DNA of 64,000 nucleotides from the human T2T-CHM13v2.0 reference genome, Homo sapiens (GCF_009914755.1 NC_060940.1); one strand, 5' to 3'. Shown: positions 43,206 through 57,010, counted from the first letter of the stretch. The notes: generated by a model not told the origin, from the sequence alone. Numbers and translations: made by a program.

Positions 43206-43595
43206 GCTAGGGGGTGGGGAAACCAATCAAGCTGTAAGTGGCATGCTTCAACTCAGGCAGAACTAAACACATAACCACACCTTCACCTACAAAAGAACCA
43301 GGAAATGTTCTGTCACATAAGAAGCAGGTGGAAAGCCCAACATTTTTAATGACTGGCACCAATGACCTCCACAAAGCTTCAAAAGAAATTACTGTTGAAA
43401 AGCAGTATCGTGGTTGATACTCAGATCACTGCGTCCCTAAACCCTGCCTCATCTCTGACTTAAGCAGACTCTAATTTTGCCTCTGAGTGAGGATATTTTT
43501 CTGGTTTCATGGGCAGAGTAGCCGTTCTGAGTGTGGTGGGTGTGGGGACCAGGTTTCCCTTGGCCCTTCTTTGGAGAGTTCAGTGGGTGGATTAC

Positions 43596-43827
43596 CATGT
43601 TGTCTTTCTACGTCAATCCTCCTTTCCTCCTCCAGCTCACACCTCTCATTATAAATCAGCTGATCCCTGAGATACCCTCCCCAGAAGATCTGGATGTTAT
43701 CCACCTGGCTGTGAAATGTTTCGGCCAAGGAGCTGGCATTCTTGCTGCCCCCAACAGTTTCCTCTTCATACTTCATGCAGCAGGTTTTCCTTATTTTTCG
43801 TCTGTGCTTTCTCCAGCCATAAAATTC
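43596..43827 (-). pseudogene. Relic exon E13 (232 nt): EFYGWRKHRRKIRKTCCMKYEEETVGGSKNASSLAETFHSQVDNIQIFWGGYLRDQLIYNERCELEEERRIDVERQH
   Basis: ttag| acceptor, ATG|GTAATC donor, 77 open codons with globular-protein-like composition. Confidence 0.65.
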
Positions 43828-43978
43828 CTAACTCTTTTTTCAGATGTACTATATTTTATTGAAGTCTAATATACATCAAGTAAACAAATTGTAAATTCAT
43901 TGCTCAATGAATTTTCACAAGTGAATACACTCATAAAGCCACCGTGAGTGATGCATATAGAAATAGAACGTGACTGGC

Positions 43979-44590
43979 TATATTCGGCCATTCTTGTGCT
44001 GCTGTAAAGAAATACCTGAGACTGGGTAAAGTAGAAGTGAAGGTTTCATTGGCTCATGGTTCTGCAGGCTGTTCGGGAAGGGCAGTGGCATCCGCTTCCA
44101 GGGAAGCCTCATGGGGCTTTTGCTCATGGCAGAAGGCAACATGAGGGCTGACGGTTCACATGGCCGGAGCAGGAGCAAGTGTGAGGTGAGGAGATGCCAC
44201 ACACTTTTTTTTGGTTTTGTTTTTGTTTTGAGGTAGAGTCTTACTCAGTCCCCCAGGCTGGAGCGCAATGGCGCGTTCTCGGCTCACTGCAATCTCCGCC
44301 TCCCAGGTTCAAGCAATTCTGCCTCAGCCTCCCAAGTAGCTGGGATTACAGCACCTTCCACCACAGCCAGCTAATTTTTGTATTTTTAGTAGACAAGGTT
44401 TCGCCACACACCTTTAAACGCCCAAAATCTTTTGACAACTCGCTGTTGTGAGAACAGTACCAAGAGGATGGTGCTAAAATCATTCACAAGAAACCTGTCT
44501 CCATGATCACATCACTCCACCAGCCCCCACCCTTGGCGAATTGCAATTTGAGATGAGATTTGGGTAGGGGGGCAGATCCAAACCATATCA
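43979..44590 (-). mobile_element. MSTA/B LTR split by a truncated Alu (44205-44402, -)
   Basis: aaagaaatacctgagactggg...gatccaaaccatatca; Alu TSD gccacacac. Confidence 0.85.
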
Positions 44591-44744
44591 GCAGCCTCAT
44601 GGAAGTGCAATTCATGCCTCCACCAGTCACTATCCTGTCCTCTTCCCAAACAGCCTTTGTTCTGATTCAAATCACTGAAGATTTATTTTCTCCAGTCTAA
44701 CACTGATTGAAATGACCTACTTAATTGTCTTTCTTGCACTAAAT

Positions 44745-44966
44745 CGGGGGGGGGGGGGGTCAATAAATGATAGCTCAGGTGCCACCTGTTTTTGTAAATT
44801 AAGTTTGATGGGAAAACAGCCATGACCGCTCATTTATATATAGTTGACGGCTGCTTCTTCGAGTTAACAACAGCAGAGTTGGGTAGTTGCAACAGAGACC
44901 ATCTGGCCCGCAAAGCCACAAATATTTACTACTTGACCTTTTACAAAAACATTTGCCAGTCCCAGG
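44745..44966 (+). mobile_element. MER58A hAT MITE
   Basis: agttgcaacagagaccatctggcccgcaaagcc...aatatttactac. Confidence 0.85.
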
Positions 44967-45814
44967 ACTAGACCAGAGGTCTGAAAGCTTTTTTGATCTA
45001 CTAATCCCTAAAAATGAGCATATATCAATCTATGAATAATTTTTATACTATGTATACATTATGTAACATTACTGTGGCTCTTGAGTTCTTTTGATAAGAC
45101 TTAGTTCTTCTTGATAGCTTCCTTGCTACCTGGTTTGATAAGATTTCCAGGCTCATTTTATACATTTCTTAACCCGGTATTGGAATCAGTAATTTCTCCA
45201 AGAAGCCCTGATTTCTTTTAGTGAGAAGTGATATTTTATGACCATAATCTGAGTGCTAGAGATGCTCATTGTTACTGAGTTATTCATCGTTTCTATGCCT
45301 TTATAGTAGATAAAGCAAGAAAAACACACACAATTTTAAAAGGATAAAATACACCATGGGCTCATACTGATACTTCCAATCCATGTTTTACACTTCAGGG
45401 ATTTTAACAAATCTATTCTCTGTTTTATCTATCTCTTCTTCTTCCCCCTAAGAATCCTGCTTGTAAAGGACACAGGATGTTATATAATTAGGATATTCCC
45501 AAATTATGTGATTGCTTCAACAATATATACACACAGGCTCAGAATTATAATACTCAGACTACGTCAGTTTTTACTACCATCAATTCGGATATCTGAAAGC
45601 AGGGGTATTTTGCTTTGGGGACTGGCTGTTTTGTTTTGTTTTGCTTTGCATGTGGTATCCCTACCATTCCTCTGTTTTTCGTAGTTGTGCTGTGTCTCCA
45701 TTGTCAGATCATATATATGTTACTTATGATTACTTTGCTTTATAAACCCTCAGTCTTAGTTCTACAAATAACCATCCTGATGTTTACATCTGTCTGACCA
45801 TTTTGACGGTCTAA

Positions 45815-46157
<343 letters not shown>

Positions 46158-47037
46158 TGAGGATTCTCTTCTCTGAGTTACTGCATGTTGTTTACAGTTT
46201 ATATCCTTTCTGTGTGTAGGTGACTTGTGTTGGATGTAGAACACGTGGGTCACTTTATTTAAGTCTCTTAAATATTATTATTTCCTTTTCTTCAGGCCTA
46301 CAGTGATTCTGTCAAGCTACCTGAAAATAATTTTCTTTCCCTTATAAATCATGTGTTCTTTTGCCAAGATGCCTGAAGATTTTTTTTTTCTAATGTCTAG
46401 TAATTTGCAATCCTATCCTTGACAAAGGACACTTGAGAACACTATTTGCAGGTATACTGTTTGTTTTTGTTTCGATGTGTGATTCCATTAATTTTTAAAA
46501 ATTTTTAATTTTGGGAAAGTCTCTTTGAAATAGGATTTTTAGAATTTGTTCTTTTCTCTTGTTTTCTCTTTCTTTTTCAAGGACTCTTATCTCTATTTTA
46601 CCCATCTTTAAAATGTGCTACGTACTCTTGAATCTTCTTTTTATTTATCTCTCTTTTTAACAGCTTGATTTACACATCATAAAATTCACCTTTGCTGAGA
46701 GGACTATTTATATTTTCTCCCTTTTCTCTTTTAGTTTTCATATTGATTTGCCCTTAGGTTTTTCTAGTTTATTCTTGGTTATTAAAATGAGTTTTTTCTT
46801 TTATTTCTTTGCCTTAGACTCTGTCACCTCATTTTTATGCCTTTCTAATTCTGATTTATATTGTTTTCCATTTCTTGTATCCCTTTCTCAATGCCTGTTG
46901 GCATGTTTTGAAATAGAATGTTGCAGCATTGATCTTATTTTTGACAATGCCTCTCTGGCATGCTTTTGTTATCTGTAGAGATTTTAGTCTGCTCCTTTTT
47001 CTCTTTCATAATAAATTTGTATGAGGTATGCCTGTGA

Positions 47038-47376
<339 letters not shown>

Positions 47377-48710
47377 TTTGTTGTTCATTTTTAAGTGATA
47401 TTATATTTCATAAAATCTTAGGTAGCTTATCTAACTTCACAGAGCTCCCTCTTTTGTTGTTTTTGCTTCTTTTCATGTAGTTTTAAAAAATTGTCCCTTG
47501 CTGTCTGCGATGTCTGTCCCCTCCTCCTCACCACCATCACTTTTATTTGGACTTTGTTTCATTTTTTTTTCTTTTGCTGCTGACTTCCAGCAATATCTTC
47601 TCAGTGTGGATGGTCCTCCAAGCAACTCTGACTGGTTAGTTGAGTTTGGGAGTTTGCAAGCAGAGTTTGGAGTCTTGGAGTTTGAACGTTTGCAGGGAGT
47701 TGACCACATCTGTTGCTTCGCAGCTCACTGGGGATACGTTGTGTTCACTCACCGTTGGGTTGGGAAATACTCTTCCTAGTTCAGCTGCTGTCTTCAGATT
47801 GGCACTCTACACATTGCTGCCACTGCCTCTTGGTCACGATGGGTGTCTCCTTTTGTTGAGTCTGCCGCATGACCTGAGGTTTCTTGCTGCTTCCTGTCAC
47901 ATAGAGGAGGGTAGCACAGGAGTCTTGGGATATGGATGGTTGGTCTCTGTCCACTTATATCTTGACATTCATGAAGGCACTTTGTTGTTTCTCATAGATG
48001 TTGTCTATTTACTCATTTTGTTCTGGTTACTCTTTTTTTTTATGTAGGGATTTTGGAAGAATTAGAGACTATATGGCCATCATTCTTCCAGAATTCTAAA
48101 TATTAAACACGTGTTTCTGGTGGGGATTTGAAACCCCAGAGGGTGAGTGGCTTGCTTATGGTCATTTTTTTGGGATTAAAACCAAGGCAGTCTCCTCTCT
48201 TGACTATGGTGGCATATTTCTGCTACACATAAGGAACATTCTCTAGGTTCTAAGCCAGAATGCACGCTAATCACATTTCCAGTTTCAACCAATGAGTTGC
48301 TCAAGTAGAAATAAGATAGAAATCTTGACCCTGAGTAATTTTACAGTCTGTAGAGAAGACAGACTGTGGGCCGACCAAGTCAAATTAGCACCTGCCAGAC
48401 TGTCATGAAAGAGGAAGCAGGACTTAGACCTGAGTCATGAATATGGAGGTCTTTCTTTTCCTTCTTTTAGAGAAAGGACCCTGCGAAATTGACTGAAATG
48501 GCACTGACATCAAAATCATGAAGTCTATGACTATATGGCCATGTTTTCATTGCACAGCAAAATATGCCTTGAGTCAGTATGCACATTGCAAGATACTCAT
48601 TTTTCATTCTCTCTTAGGATTGGCTTAAGCATAATATTCAAGTAAAGTGACTGTTGTCAAGCATGTGTTCTCAGTGCACCCTAAAGCACATATCCCAAAC
48701 TGTTTTATAC

Positions 48711-48794
48711 CCAGATGTTTTTCCTCAACCATCTCATTCCACAAGGAGACATCTCTATCCTGTCTTGCTATGTGTCCATACCAGAGGATGCTCC
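48711..48794 (-). pseudogene. Relic exon E12 (84 nt): GSILWYGHIARQDRDVSLWNEMVEEKHL
   Basis: Acceptor gctcacacag|, donor TGG|GTATAA; open frame. Confidence 0.5.
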
Positions 48795-49502
48795 CTGTGT
48801 GAGCTGACATGACAGTGTTCCTGTCCCCTTTCGATCTTTATCTTTCTTCCTCCCGTATCCAGGTGTCCAGCTGTCAACACGTTTATTGAGGATCTACTAT
48901 GTGCTAGGCACTCTGCTGGCTCTGGGGATAGAGCAGTGAACCAGACTTACTTATTATTTTTCCTCAAGGAATTTATATCACAGTGGTGAGGATGTATTTC
49001 TGAGCTGATTCTGAGCCAAATCAGTTTAGGCTCCCATAACAGTCCTTGTCATGTGACAGGAAATGACATCATGTGTGGACGTTATCCTCAAGAAGAGGAA
49101 GAGGAAGTTCATAGAAGGTGTGAGGGTGGTAAATAAGATATGCTGGGTGTGGGGACCATAGATCTCAGGAGGTTTCAAGGATGAAAGGAGGTAATTTGTT
49201 TTTGTTTTTTTCCCCCAAAGCTAAATTATCTATCATTTGGAGTGTTAATTTTATTTTTATGATACAGACTCATTGTGTTTAAGGAAAGCAAATAATTGGG
49301 GCAGCATCATAAGTTAAAATCCTGCTAATGCACTAGCTCTTGTGGTCTTGGATAACTAATTTAATCAACGGTTTAAGCCAGAGTTCCCTTAGCAGTAAAA
49401 TGAGGATAATGATGCCTTCCCTAGGTCAGAGTCAGAAAAGTCATATACGAAGGATATGAAGGACCAGTCTGGATTTATTACATTTGCAGTTGTTATGTTG
49501 AC

Positions 49503-50023
49503 TTCATGGTTAATTTTATGTGTCAAGCTGACTAGGCCATGGGGTGCCCAGATATTTGGTCAAATATTATTCTGCATGCTTCTATGAGGGTGTTTTGGAT
49601 GAGATTAACATTTATGTCAGTAGACTGAGTAAAGCAGATGGCTCCATGTAATGTGGGTGGGCCTCATCCAGTCAGCTGAAGGCCTGAACAGAGCAGAAAA
49701 ACTGAGCTCCCCTGCATCAGAGAGAATTCCTCTTGCCTGCCTGACTTCAAACTGGGACGTGTGCTTCTTCCTGCCTTCGGACTCAAACTGAAGCATGGGC
49801 TCTTTCTGGGTCTGCAGCCTGCTGCCTTCAGACTGAAACACCACCATTCATTCTCCTGGGCCTCCAGCATGCTGACTCATCCTGCAGATCTTGGAACTTC
49901 TTGGTCTCCATAATTGTGTGAGCCAATTCCTTATGATAAGTAAATACACACACATAAGCACACACACACACCCTCCCTCCCTCCCTATCTGTTCTGATCC
50001 TCTGGAGAACCCTGACTAATACA
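49503..50023 (+). mobile_element. MLT2B-like LTR (ERVL)
   Basis: atggttaattttatgtgtcaa...ctggagaaccctgactaataca. Confidence 0.88.
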
Positions 50024-50511
50024 GTTGCTAAGTGGATTCCTAGAAAAAATGTTATTTCCATAGGCTACACATGGAAAAAGAATTCCGGAATCAGCTTTAC
50101 AGCTAGACAGTGTCACTGACCATCAATAGTGCATGATATGCATGGTGATGGCAGGTCCCTCTGTTTTGAAAGAAACCTCTCATTATGTGTCCAGTGCCTG
50201 AGAGTCCATCATTCACTCCATCAAGTATTCCAGCGTCCTCTCTTAAAATGAGAATGTTTCTGGGAAAGGGAAGGGGAGTTGGCCCTTATGGCTAATTCCT
50301 TAGCTAGGAGTACCTCTGTGATGGGAAAACAGGGATGAGATGCGGCACCTGGAATAATTGGTTGCGGGCAATCAGGGAAGGTTCAGGCACGTAATGGACC
50401 AGGAGATGGGAACATGTCCTGTTCATTATTTGACCTTACGGTGGCTCAGGACCTGCCTGCCTCATGGTGGGGCTCTGGCAGTCTCCCCTGGGAGCTGCAC
50501 GTGTTTCTCAC

Positions 50512-50729
50512 CCTCTCCACTCCAGAGAATCTCCTATCTGTTTGCCACCTTCCTGGGCACCATGCACCCTTGGCTGTTTGGCTTCCTTAGTAGCAGGGGA
50601 GGTAAATCTTGTCTTCAAGATCAGCTTTGAATGCTTGAGGAGTTTTCTGCAAGGTATGCTTTCCCCAGCTTTTCCACAGACAAAAACAGGGCTTTTCATG
50701 AGTCATCATTTCTGTTGAGTCCCGTATAG
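50512..50729 (-). pseudogene. Relic exon E11 (218 nt): YTGLNRNDDS*KALFLSVEKLGKAYLAENSS... (probable frameshift)
   Basis: Acceptor ccattctcacactttctgtag|, donor AGG|GTGAGA. Confidence 0.55.
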
Positions 50730-51198
50730 CTACAGAAAGTGTGAGAATGGATGAAACATGCCTGCCTGGCAGGGTCTTAAACATTTCAGCTGCCCTGAGA
50801 TGTACCAAAGGTGTGTGGCAGAAGGTTAAAGAGTCAGCTGACTACCTGCTGTAAAGAGACAGAGCTAAAAATAATATTCTATTCTACCTTATGATATTGG
50901 TAAATGTGATATCTATATTTAGGAGTGGTGGAGAGAACTGGACTTACCGTCAAAAATATTAGGGATGTTCGTGAAAGAAGGAGGTATTGGAAAATATATG
51001 AACAGAGTCTAAGGTGTGATATATACATTGATTTAAACGTCATATGTCTTTGATGGTTAGGAGCAATTAGATCTATATCACACATGAACTCTATTCCCTG
51101 ACCACTCTTCACCAACCTGCTATTTTTCTGACATTGTTTCCTTCAAACTCATCATAGTTAGTATGTCTTGCCATTTTGTTCACACACCTGTATGCACA

Positions 51199-51452
51199 AA
51201 GCCAGAGTTCCCTTAGCAGTAAAATGGGGATAATGATGCCTTCCCTAGGTCAGAGTCAGAAAAGTCATATACGCAGGATATGAAGGACCAGTCTCGATTT
51301 ATTACTTTTGTTATTGTTAGGTTGCTTTGATGGTTAATTTTGTGTCAGGTTGACTAGGCCATGGGGTGCCCAGATATTTGGTCAAGTATTATTCTGCATG
51401 CTTCCATGAGGGAGTTTTGGATGAGATTCACATTTATATCAGTAGACTGAGT
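51199..51452 (+). repeat. Local direct duplicate of 49375-49630
   Basis: Near-identical text covering a MIR piece, a spacer and the MLT2 5' end. Confidence 0.95.
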
Positions 51453-51914
51453 TTCTTTGTTCTAAACAATAATACATTTATTTGTTTATTCATTCTTTGT
51501 TCATTCATTCAATTGTTTCTTTGTTCATTCATTCATTTGGAGCAAGGACAAGGATCTGTCTCTTCTGCTAAAATTATGTTCCACATACTTGGGGCTTATC
51601 CAAACTTAGCCGTGATGAATCTCCTGTACCTTAAACTTCACTTCGTAGGGCTCAGAAAATGCATATTGAATGGACTCTGGCATCAGGATGACCGGCATTT
51701 TCATTTTCAGGTCACCTGCTGACTGTGAAGCCTTGGTTAAATTAATTTAACATCCTTAAAACCTCATTTCCTCATTTGTAAAATAGAGATGATCATCGTA
51801 TCTACATGGAAGGATTATAATGCATATGAAATGCAATAATGAATGTAGAGTGCTCAGCCCAGTGAGAATAGAATACATTCTTAACCATTGTTCTCTATAT
51901 GGCCGTTGTTCTAC

Positions 51915-51993
51915 CTCGGATGCACAGCAGGCAATGCCAGATCCAATTTGGTTTAGCCCTCAACTGCTTCAGCTGTTCCTGTTGCATTTGGAA
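51915..51993 (-). pseudogene. Relic exon E10 (79 nt): FQMQQEQLKQLRAK...
   Basis: Strong acceptor ctctacctctctttgcag|, donor GAG|GTAGAA; phase-0 start. Confidence 0.6.
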
Positions 51994-52081
51994 CTGCAAA
52001 GAGAGGTAGAGTTTCATGAATAACTTGATAAAGCCTTATTTCTCATCAAAGAGAGAAACATACCTGATTAAAAGAGATCTG

Positions 52082-52790
<709 letters not shown>

Positions 52791-53243
52791 AAAAGTAAAA
52801 AACCAAAATCACTTTAAAAAGTTGGCCTCTTTTTTTAATAAGTTGAAACAACAACAACAAAAGTGCCTTTGATGCCTATGTTGTTTAGTACTTAATAAAT
52901 CATGGCACATAATTATGTTGATAAATTCCAACAGCCTAGCTGACTCCTCTTTCTCGATGCCGGCTTGGGATGGCCCTGATAAATCGATCTCTACTTTCTA
53001 ACTGCATCGCTATCCTGCACGGGATCTGCCTCATGCCTCCATTGCAGTATGTTGGAGCAATACATCACCCAAGCTCTGCAGCCTTCGTCCATATCATTAG
53101 AGCAATAGCTGCTTCTGATAATGCATTAATGTAATACATCACAGAGCTGGGTGCCTGGCTGCTACATTACTCAAAAGCTCATCTGATAGGGAAGGGAAAA
53201 ACCGAGTGTGCTTATAACTCATAAAGTTGGGTTGTATACTTAT

Positions 53244-53445
53244 GGTTTAGTATTGCTTGGCATTTGAAACTTTAGGGTCCAGATTTTTCCCCTTTATAAG
53301 CTGTTTTCACAGGCACTGCTGTTTGTTTTTCCTGAACCAGTGTATTCATCTTTCCTGTGTCCAGAAAGTTACTTTATCTGTGATCAGTTCTGGAGTAAAG
53401 GATGTCATGTCATAGTCTGTGCTCTTGCCCATGTTGGAGGAGCTC
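53244..53445 (-). pseudogene. Relic exon E9 (202 nt): SSSNMGKSTDYDMTSFTPELITDKVTFWTQER*IHWFRKNKQQCL*KQLIKGKNLDPKVSNAKQY*T
   Basis: Acceptor atgctag|, decayed donor ACC|ATAAGT; phase 2 to 0 links E8 to E10. Confidence 0.65.
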
Positions 53446-53618
53446 CTAGCATAATTTAAGCTTAATGTCAAAATGCTTGGGGTTGCAATCTAGGTTCTGC
53501 CATTTGCTGGTTGTGCTGCTTTGGGTAGAGCAGTTGTATAATTCAATGAGATATTGAATGGCTAGCGCTCGACATATAGTAATAACTCAGTCAAAATAAT
53601 TAATATTTTTTATTATCT

Positions 53619-53940
53619 GGAAGGGTGCAGTGGCTCATTCCTATAATCCCAGTACTTTGGAGCTGAGGCAGGTGGATCACTTGAGGTCAGAAGTTCAAGA
53701 CCAGCCTGGCCAACACGGTGAAACCCCATCTCTGCTAATAATACAAAAATTAGCCGGATGTGGTGGCGTGTACCTGTAGTCCTAGCCACTCAGGAGGCTG
53801 AGGCAAGAGAATTGCTTGAACCTGGGAGGCGGAGGTTGCAGTGAGCCAAGACTCTCTAGACTGCACTCTAGACTGGGCAACAGAGTGAGATTCAATCTCA
53901 AAATAAATTAATAAATAAATAATAAAATAAAATAAAATAA
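53619..53940 (+). mobile_element. AluS
   Basis: Dimer; TSD aataatta(a/g)tatttt. Confidence 0.92.
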
Positions 53941-53966
53941 TTAGTATTTTCTAGCCCGCCACTTAC

Positions 53967-54038
53967 CCAGTTCGGTATCCCAGGACTTTGTTAGTAGCAA
54001 GTAGCATACAAGAAAACAACAGCAGCAACAACAGAGTT
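53967..54038 (-). pseudogene. Relic exon E8 (72 nt): TLLLLLLFSCMLLATNKVLGYRTG (hydrophobic)
   Basis: CTAAC plus acceptor gtgctcacag|, donor TGG|GTAAGT; phase 2 to 2, open and in phase with E9. Confidence 0.6.
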
Positions 54039-54341
54039 CTGTGAGCACACGAGTTAGGAAAACATCAGGATGAAAAGCTCACATAGACTCCTTTATGGCA
54101 GGACTTAGTCTCTAAAATGTTACATAATGTGTTTTGTAGAGAAGAGCGGAATAAACGCTAATTACCAAACTATTTGGCCTTAGAACCCCTTTTGTTTTAG
54201 GGTGGCATGGTAGAGAGAGTGATGTTCCTTAGAATCCCATTAGGAAAGAAATTCCAGGGTGGTCCACTTCCCTTAGGAATTCTAAGGTATTCTGAGGAAC
54301 ATCACGGTCTCTATCCTGCCATCCTTGAAAACAGTATTTGA

Positions 54342-54637
<296 letters not shown>

Positions 54638-54721
54638 AGGTCTTGCTAAAGATGATAAAGCAAATTAGATGTGGAACAACGTTAGAAGTGCAGGTTCCTC
54701 TCTGCTTCCTCCTGCACGTGC

Positions 54722-54897
54722 ACTTCTCAAAGTCTGATCTTTGATACACCTCTGCCAGCATCACCTGGGGAGGGGATGGGTAGGAACACAGATCACAGAC
54801 ACAGGGCATCAGAATCTCCTGTCTCAGAGCCCAGGAATCTGCATGGTGGCAAGTCTTCTGGGTAATTTTCTAGTAAGCTAAATTCCGGAAACCACTG
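54722..54897. mobile_element. MER5A-like MITE
   Basis: cagcatcacctggg...atcagaatct...cccaggaatctgcat...aaaccactg. Confidence 0.65.
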
Positions 54898-54929
54898 GAC
54901 TGGACCACCCATCTCTGTAGCTATATTGT

Positions 54930-55190
54930 GTGGGCAGAACTGAGGTTGCTGCTCCTTCCAAAAACTCTGGTGACTTTGGAAAAATGGTTGATGATGGCTC
55001 CTCACCACCTCTCTGCCTGCCCCATGACCCTGGAGGAGGTGTGTATCTTGGGAGAATGCTGGAGGCCTTCCTGGGCTTTCACAGGCCAGCCCGTCATGCA
55101 GAGTCTCTCCAGAGACCGCTCCCTGCCCTCCATGGTCACTGTGGGAGCTATGTGTCCCTACGATCCCTGGTAATGCTCCCCCAGGGAAAC
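54930..55190 (-). pseudogene. Relic exon E7 (3' end uncertain): VSLGEHYQGS*GHIAPTVTMEGRERSLERLCMTGWPVKAQEGL...W*GAIINHFSKVTRVFGR
   Basis: Branch-like CTAAT plus acceptor cacacacag|, 128-nt intron from E6; no clear donor, and a MER5A lies next to it. Confidence 0.5.
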
Positions 55191-55318
55191 CTGTGTGTGC
55201 GGTGCAGGGGAGATTAGTTCGAAATGGAGAGACACGTACTTGGGGCCTTGCCAAGTCGCTCTGGAGAGAGCATGGCGATGCTTCGGTTTCCATGGAAACC
55301 AGGTGACTGTAAGCTCAC

Positions 55319-55452
55319 CTTTGGCCCTTGAAACAGCCTCCAGCTTCTGGGAACAACTGCAAGGCTGCTGCTTACTATGAGAGGGGAGAGCAGCCACAGA
55401 GAAGAGAAAACCAACTGCTGATTGGAAAACAGGCTCAGTTGTCTGTTTTGAA
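55319..55452 (-). pseudogene. Relic exon E6 (134 nt): VQNRQLSLFSNQQLVFSSLWLLSPLIVSSSLAVVPRSWRLFQGPK
   Basis: Branch-like CTAAC plus acceptor ttttcttgcag|, donor AAG|GTGAGC; phase 1 to 0, open and in phase with E5. Confidence 0.65.
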
Positions 55453-55812
55453 CTGCAAGAAAAGTTAGAAGAGTGCTCCAATCCAAAGATACAGAAGGTC
55501 AGATGTGGGGCAGGCAACTAGCCCACTGTCCCGATCTGTATTAAGAGACACCACCATCAAGGTGGCTCCCTTCTCTAGGTTTTCTACTCAAAAAGCCTTT
55601 TTTGGCTTTTTGAGTCGAAATTTATGAACATCACAGGCTTAGACAGTTTTTTTGACTGTTCCTTTATTCCCTGCTAAAATCGATATTCCATGATATCCAG
55701 ACATTGCCATGCTGGCTTCAATTCCCACTTTGTGTGTGTTCTTCCTCTTTCTCATATGTGAGCAGCTGTGGATAGCACCGCGCCCCCAGTTTTGTAAAGT
55801 AAGCTTTCCAAA

Positions 55813-55882
55813 GTGGAAGGATCACTTGCAGGGCAGGAGTTTAAGACCAGGCTGGGCATCCTAGGGAGAATCCTGTCTCTTC

Positions 55883-55919
<37 letters not shown>

Positions 55920-56101
55920 AGCCAGGTGTGGTAGTGCATTCCTGTATTCCCAAATACTCAGGAGGCTGAGGTGGGAGGATCACTTGCACCCTGGAATTGG
56001 AGGCTGCAGTGAGCTATGATCACACCACTGCACTCCAGCCTGGGTGACAGAGTGAGGCCCCATTTCTTAAGAGATAAAATAAAAATAAAAAATAAAAAAA
56101 A
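55813..56101 (+). mobile_element. AluJ, 5'-truncated, with an A31 middle tract
   Basis: TSD aagcttt. Confidence 0.9.
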
Positions 56102-56104
56102 TAA

Positions 56105-56720
56105 GCTTTGTATTTGGGGATAATTTTGGATTTGCAGAAATGTTTCCAAGTTAGCACAGAGAGTTCCTGTATACCCTACATATGGTTTTCCCGACTGATA
56201 ACGTCATCCATCAACAGGGTAGGTTTGTTGTAATGAAGCGACCAGCGTTGCTATATTACTATTAAGGCCACATTCTATTCAGATCTCACTGGTGTTTCCA
56301 TTAATCACCTGTTTCTATTCCAAATCCAAGTCCAGGTACCACATTGCATTTGGTTATCCCTTTTCACTAATCTCCTCTGTTATGTGAAAAAGACTCAGAG
56401 TCTCAAAGTGTTTTTTTTGTTTTTTTGTTTGTTTTTTTTTTTGTTGTTGTTGTTTTTTTAAATGATGACAGTGTTGAGGGGTACCAGTCCGGCGTCCTGT
56501 ACATCCAGTCTGGGTTTGGCTGATGTGTTTCTCATGATTAGCCTGGGGTTTGGAGTTGTGGGGAACAACACTGCAGAAGTGAAATGCTCTTCTCATCATA
56601 TAGCGAGAGCTACACCCCCAATACTGTTCATCACGGTGCCCACTTTGGTGGGCTGAGGGGGTGGCTGCCAGCTTCTCCATTGTGAAGTCACTGTGTTTCC
56701 CGTTCCATGCTGTATTCTTT
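56105..56720 (-). mobile_element. L1MB/MC-type 3' end
   Basis: gataattttggatttgcagaa...cacattgcatttggtt. Confidence 0.7.
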
Positions 56721-56949
56721 GTTACTAAATTAATGAGTTATGGTGCTAAGAAAGTTACTAGGCCTAGGCCCCTCTCGCCTTCTCCTCCATTTTTGCAGAA
56801 CCATGGACAATGGTTTAACTGAAACTGGGAATGAGTGTTCCTTAAATGAGACAGCTGCTTTCTTTTGGGGCAGAAATGATTGGCATGAAAGCTTCCAGTT
56901 AAAACTCCCTTACCTGTCTGAGGTGAGCTCCAAGGATGCCCCTGCTCAC

Positions 56950-57010
56950 CTGGTTCTTGCAGTAAAAGTAAACCCCAGCACGTTTCTGGAATGGAGGATT
57001 TTTTCTTGAT
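56950..57010 (-). pseudogene. Relic exon E5 (61 nt): IKKKSSIPETCWGLLLLQEP
   Basis: Acceptor cctctcacgctcatcag|, donor CAG|GTGAGC; a second same-phase donor CAG|GTAAGG lies 36 nt further (56914). Confidence 0.55.

Noticed and set aside
43596-43827. Processed-pseudogene interpretation of E13
   Set aside because: There is no poly-A or TSD, the coding-like text stops at a GT donor, and other exon-like pieces are separated by introns.
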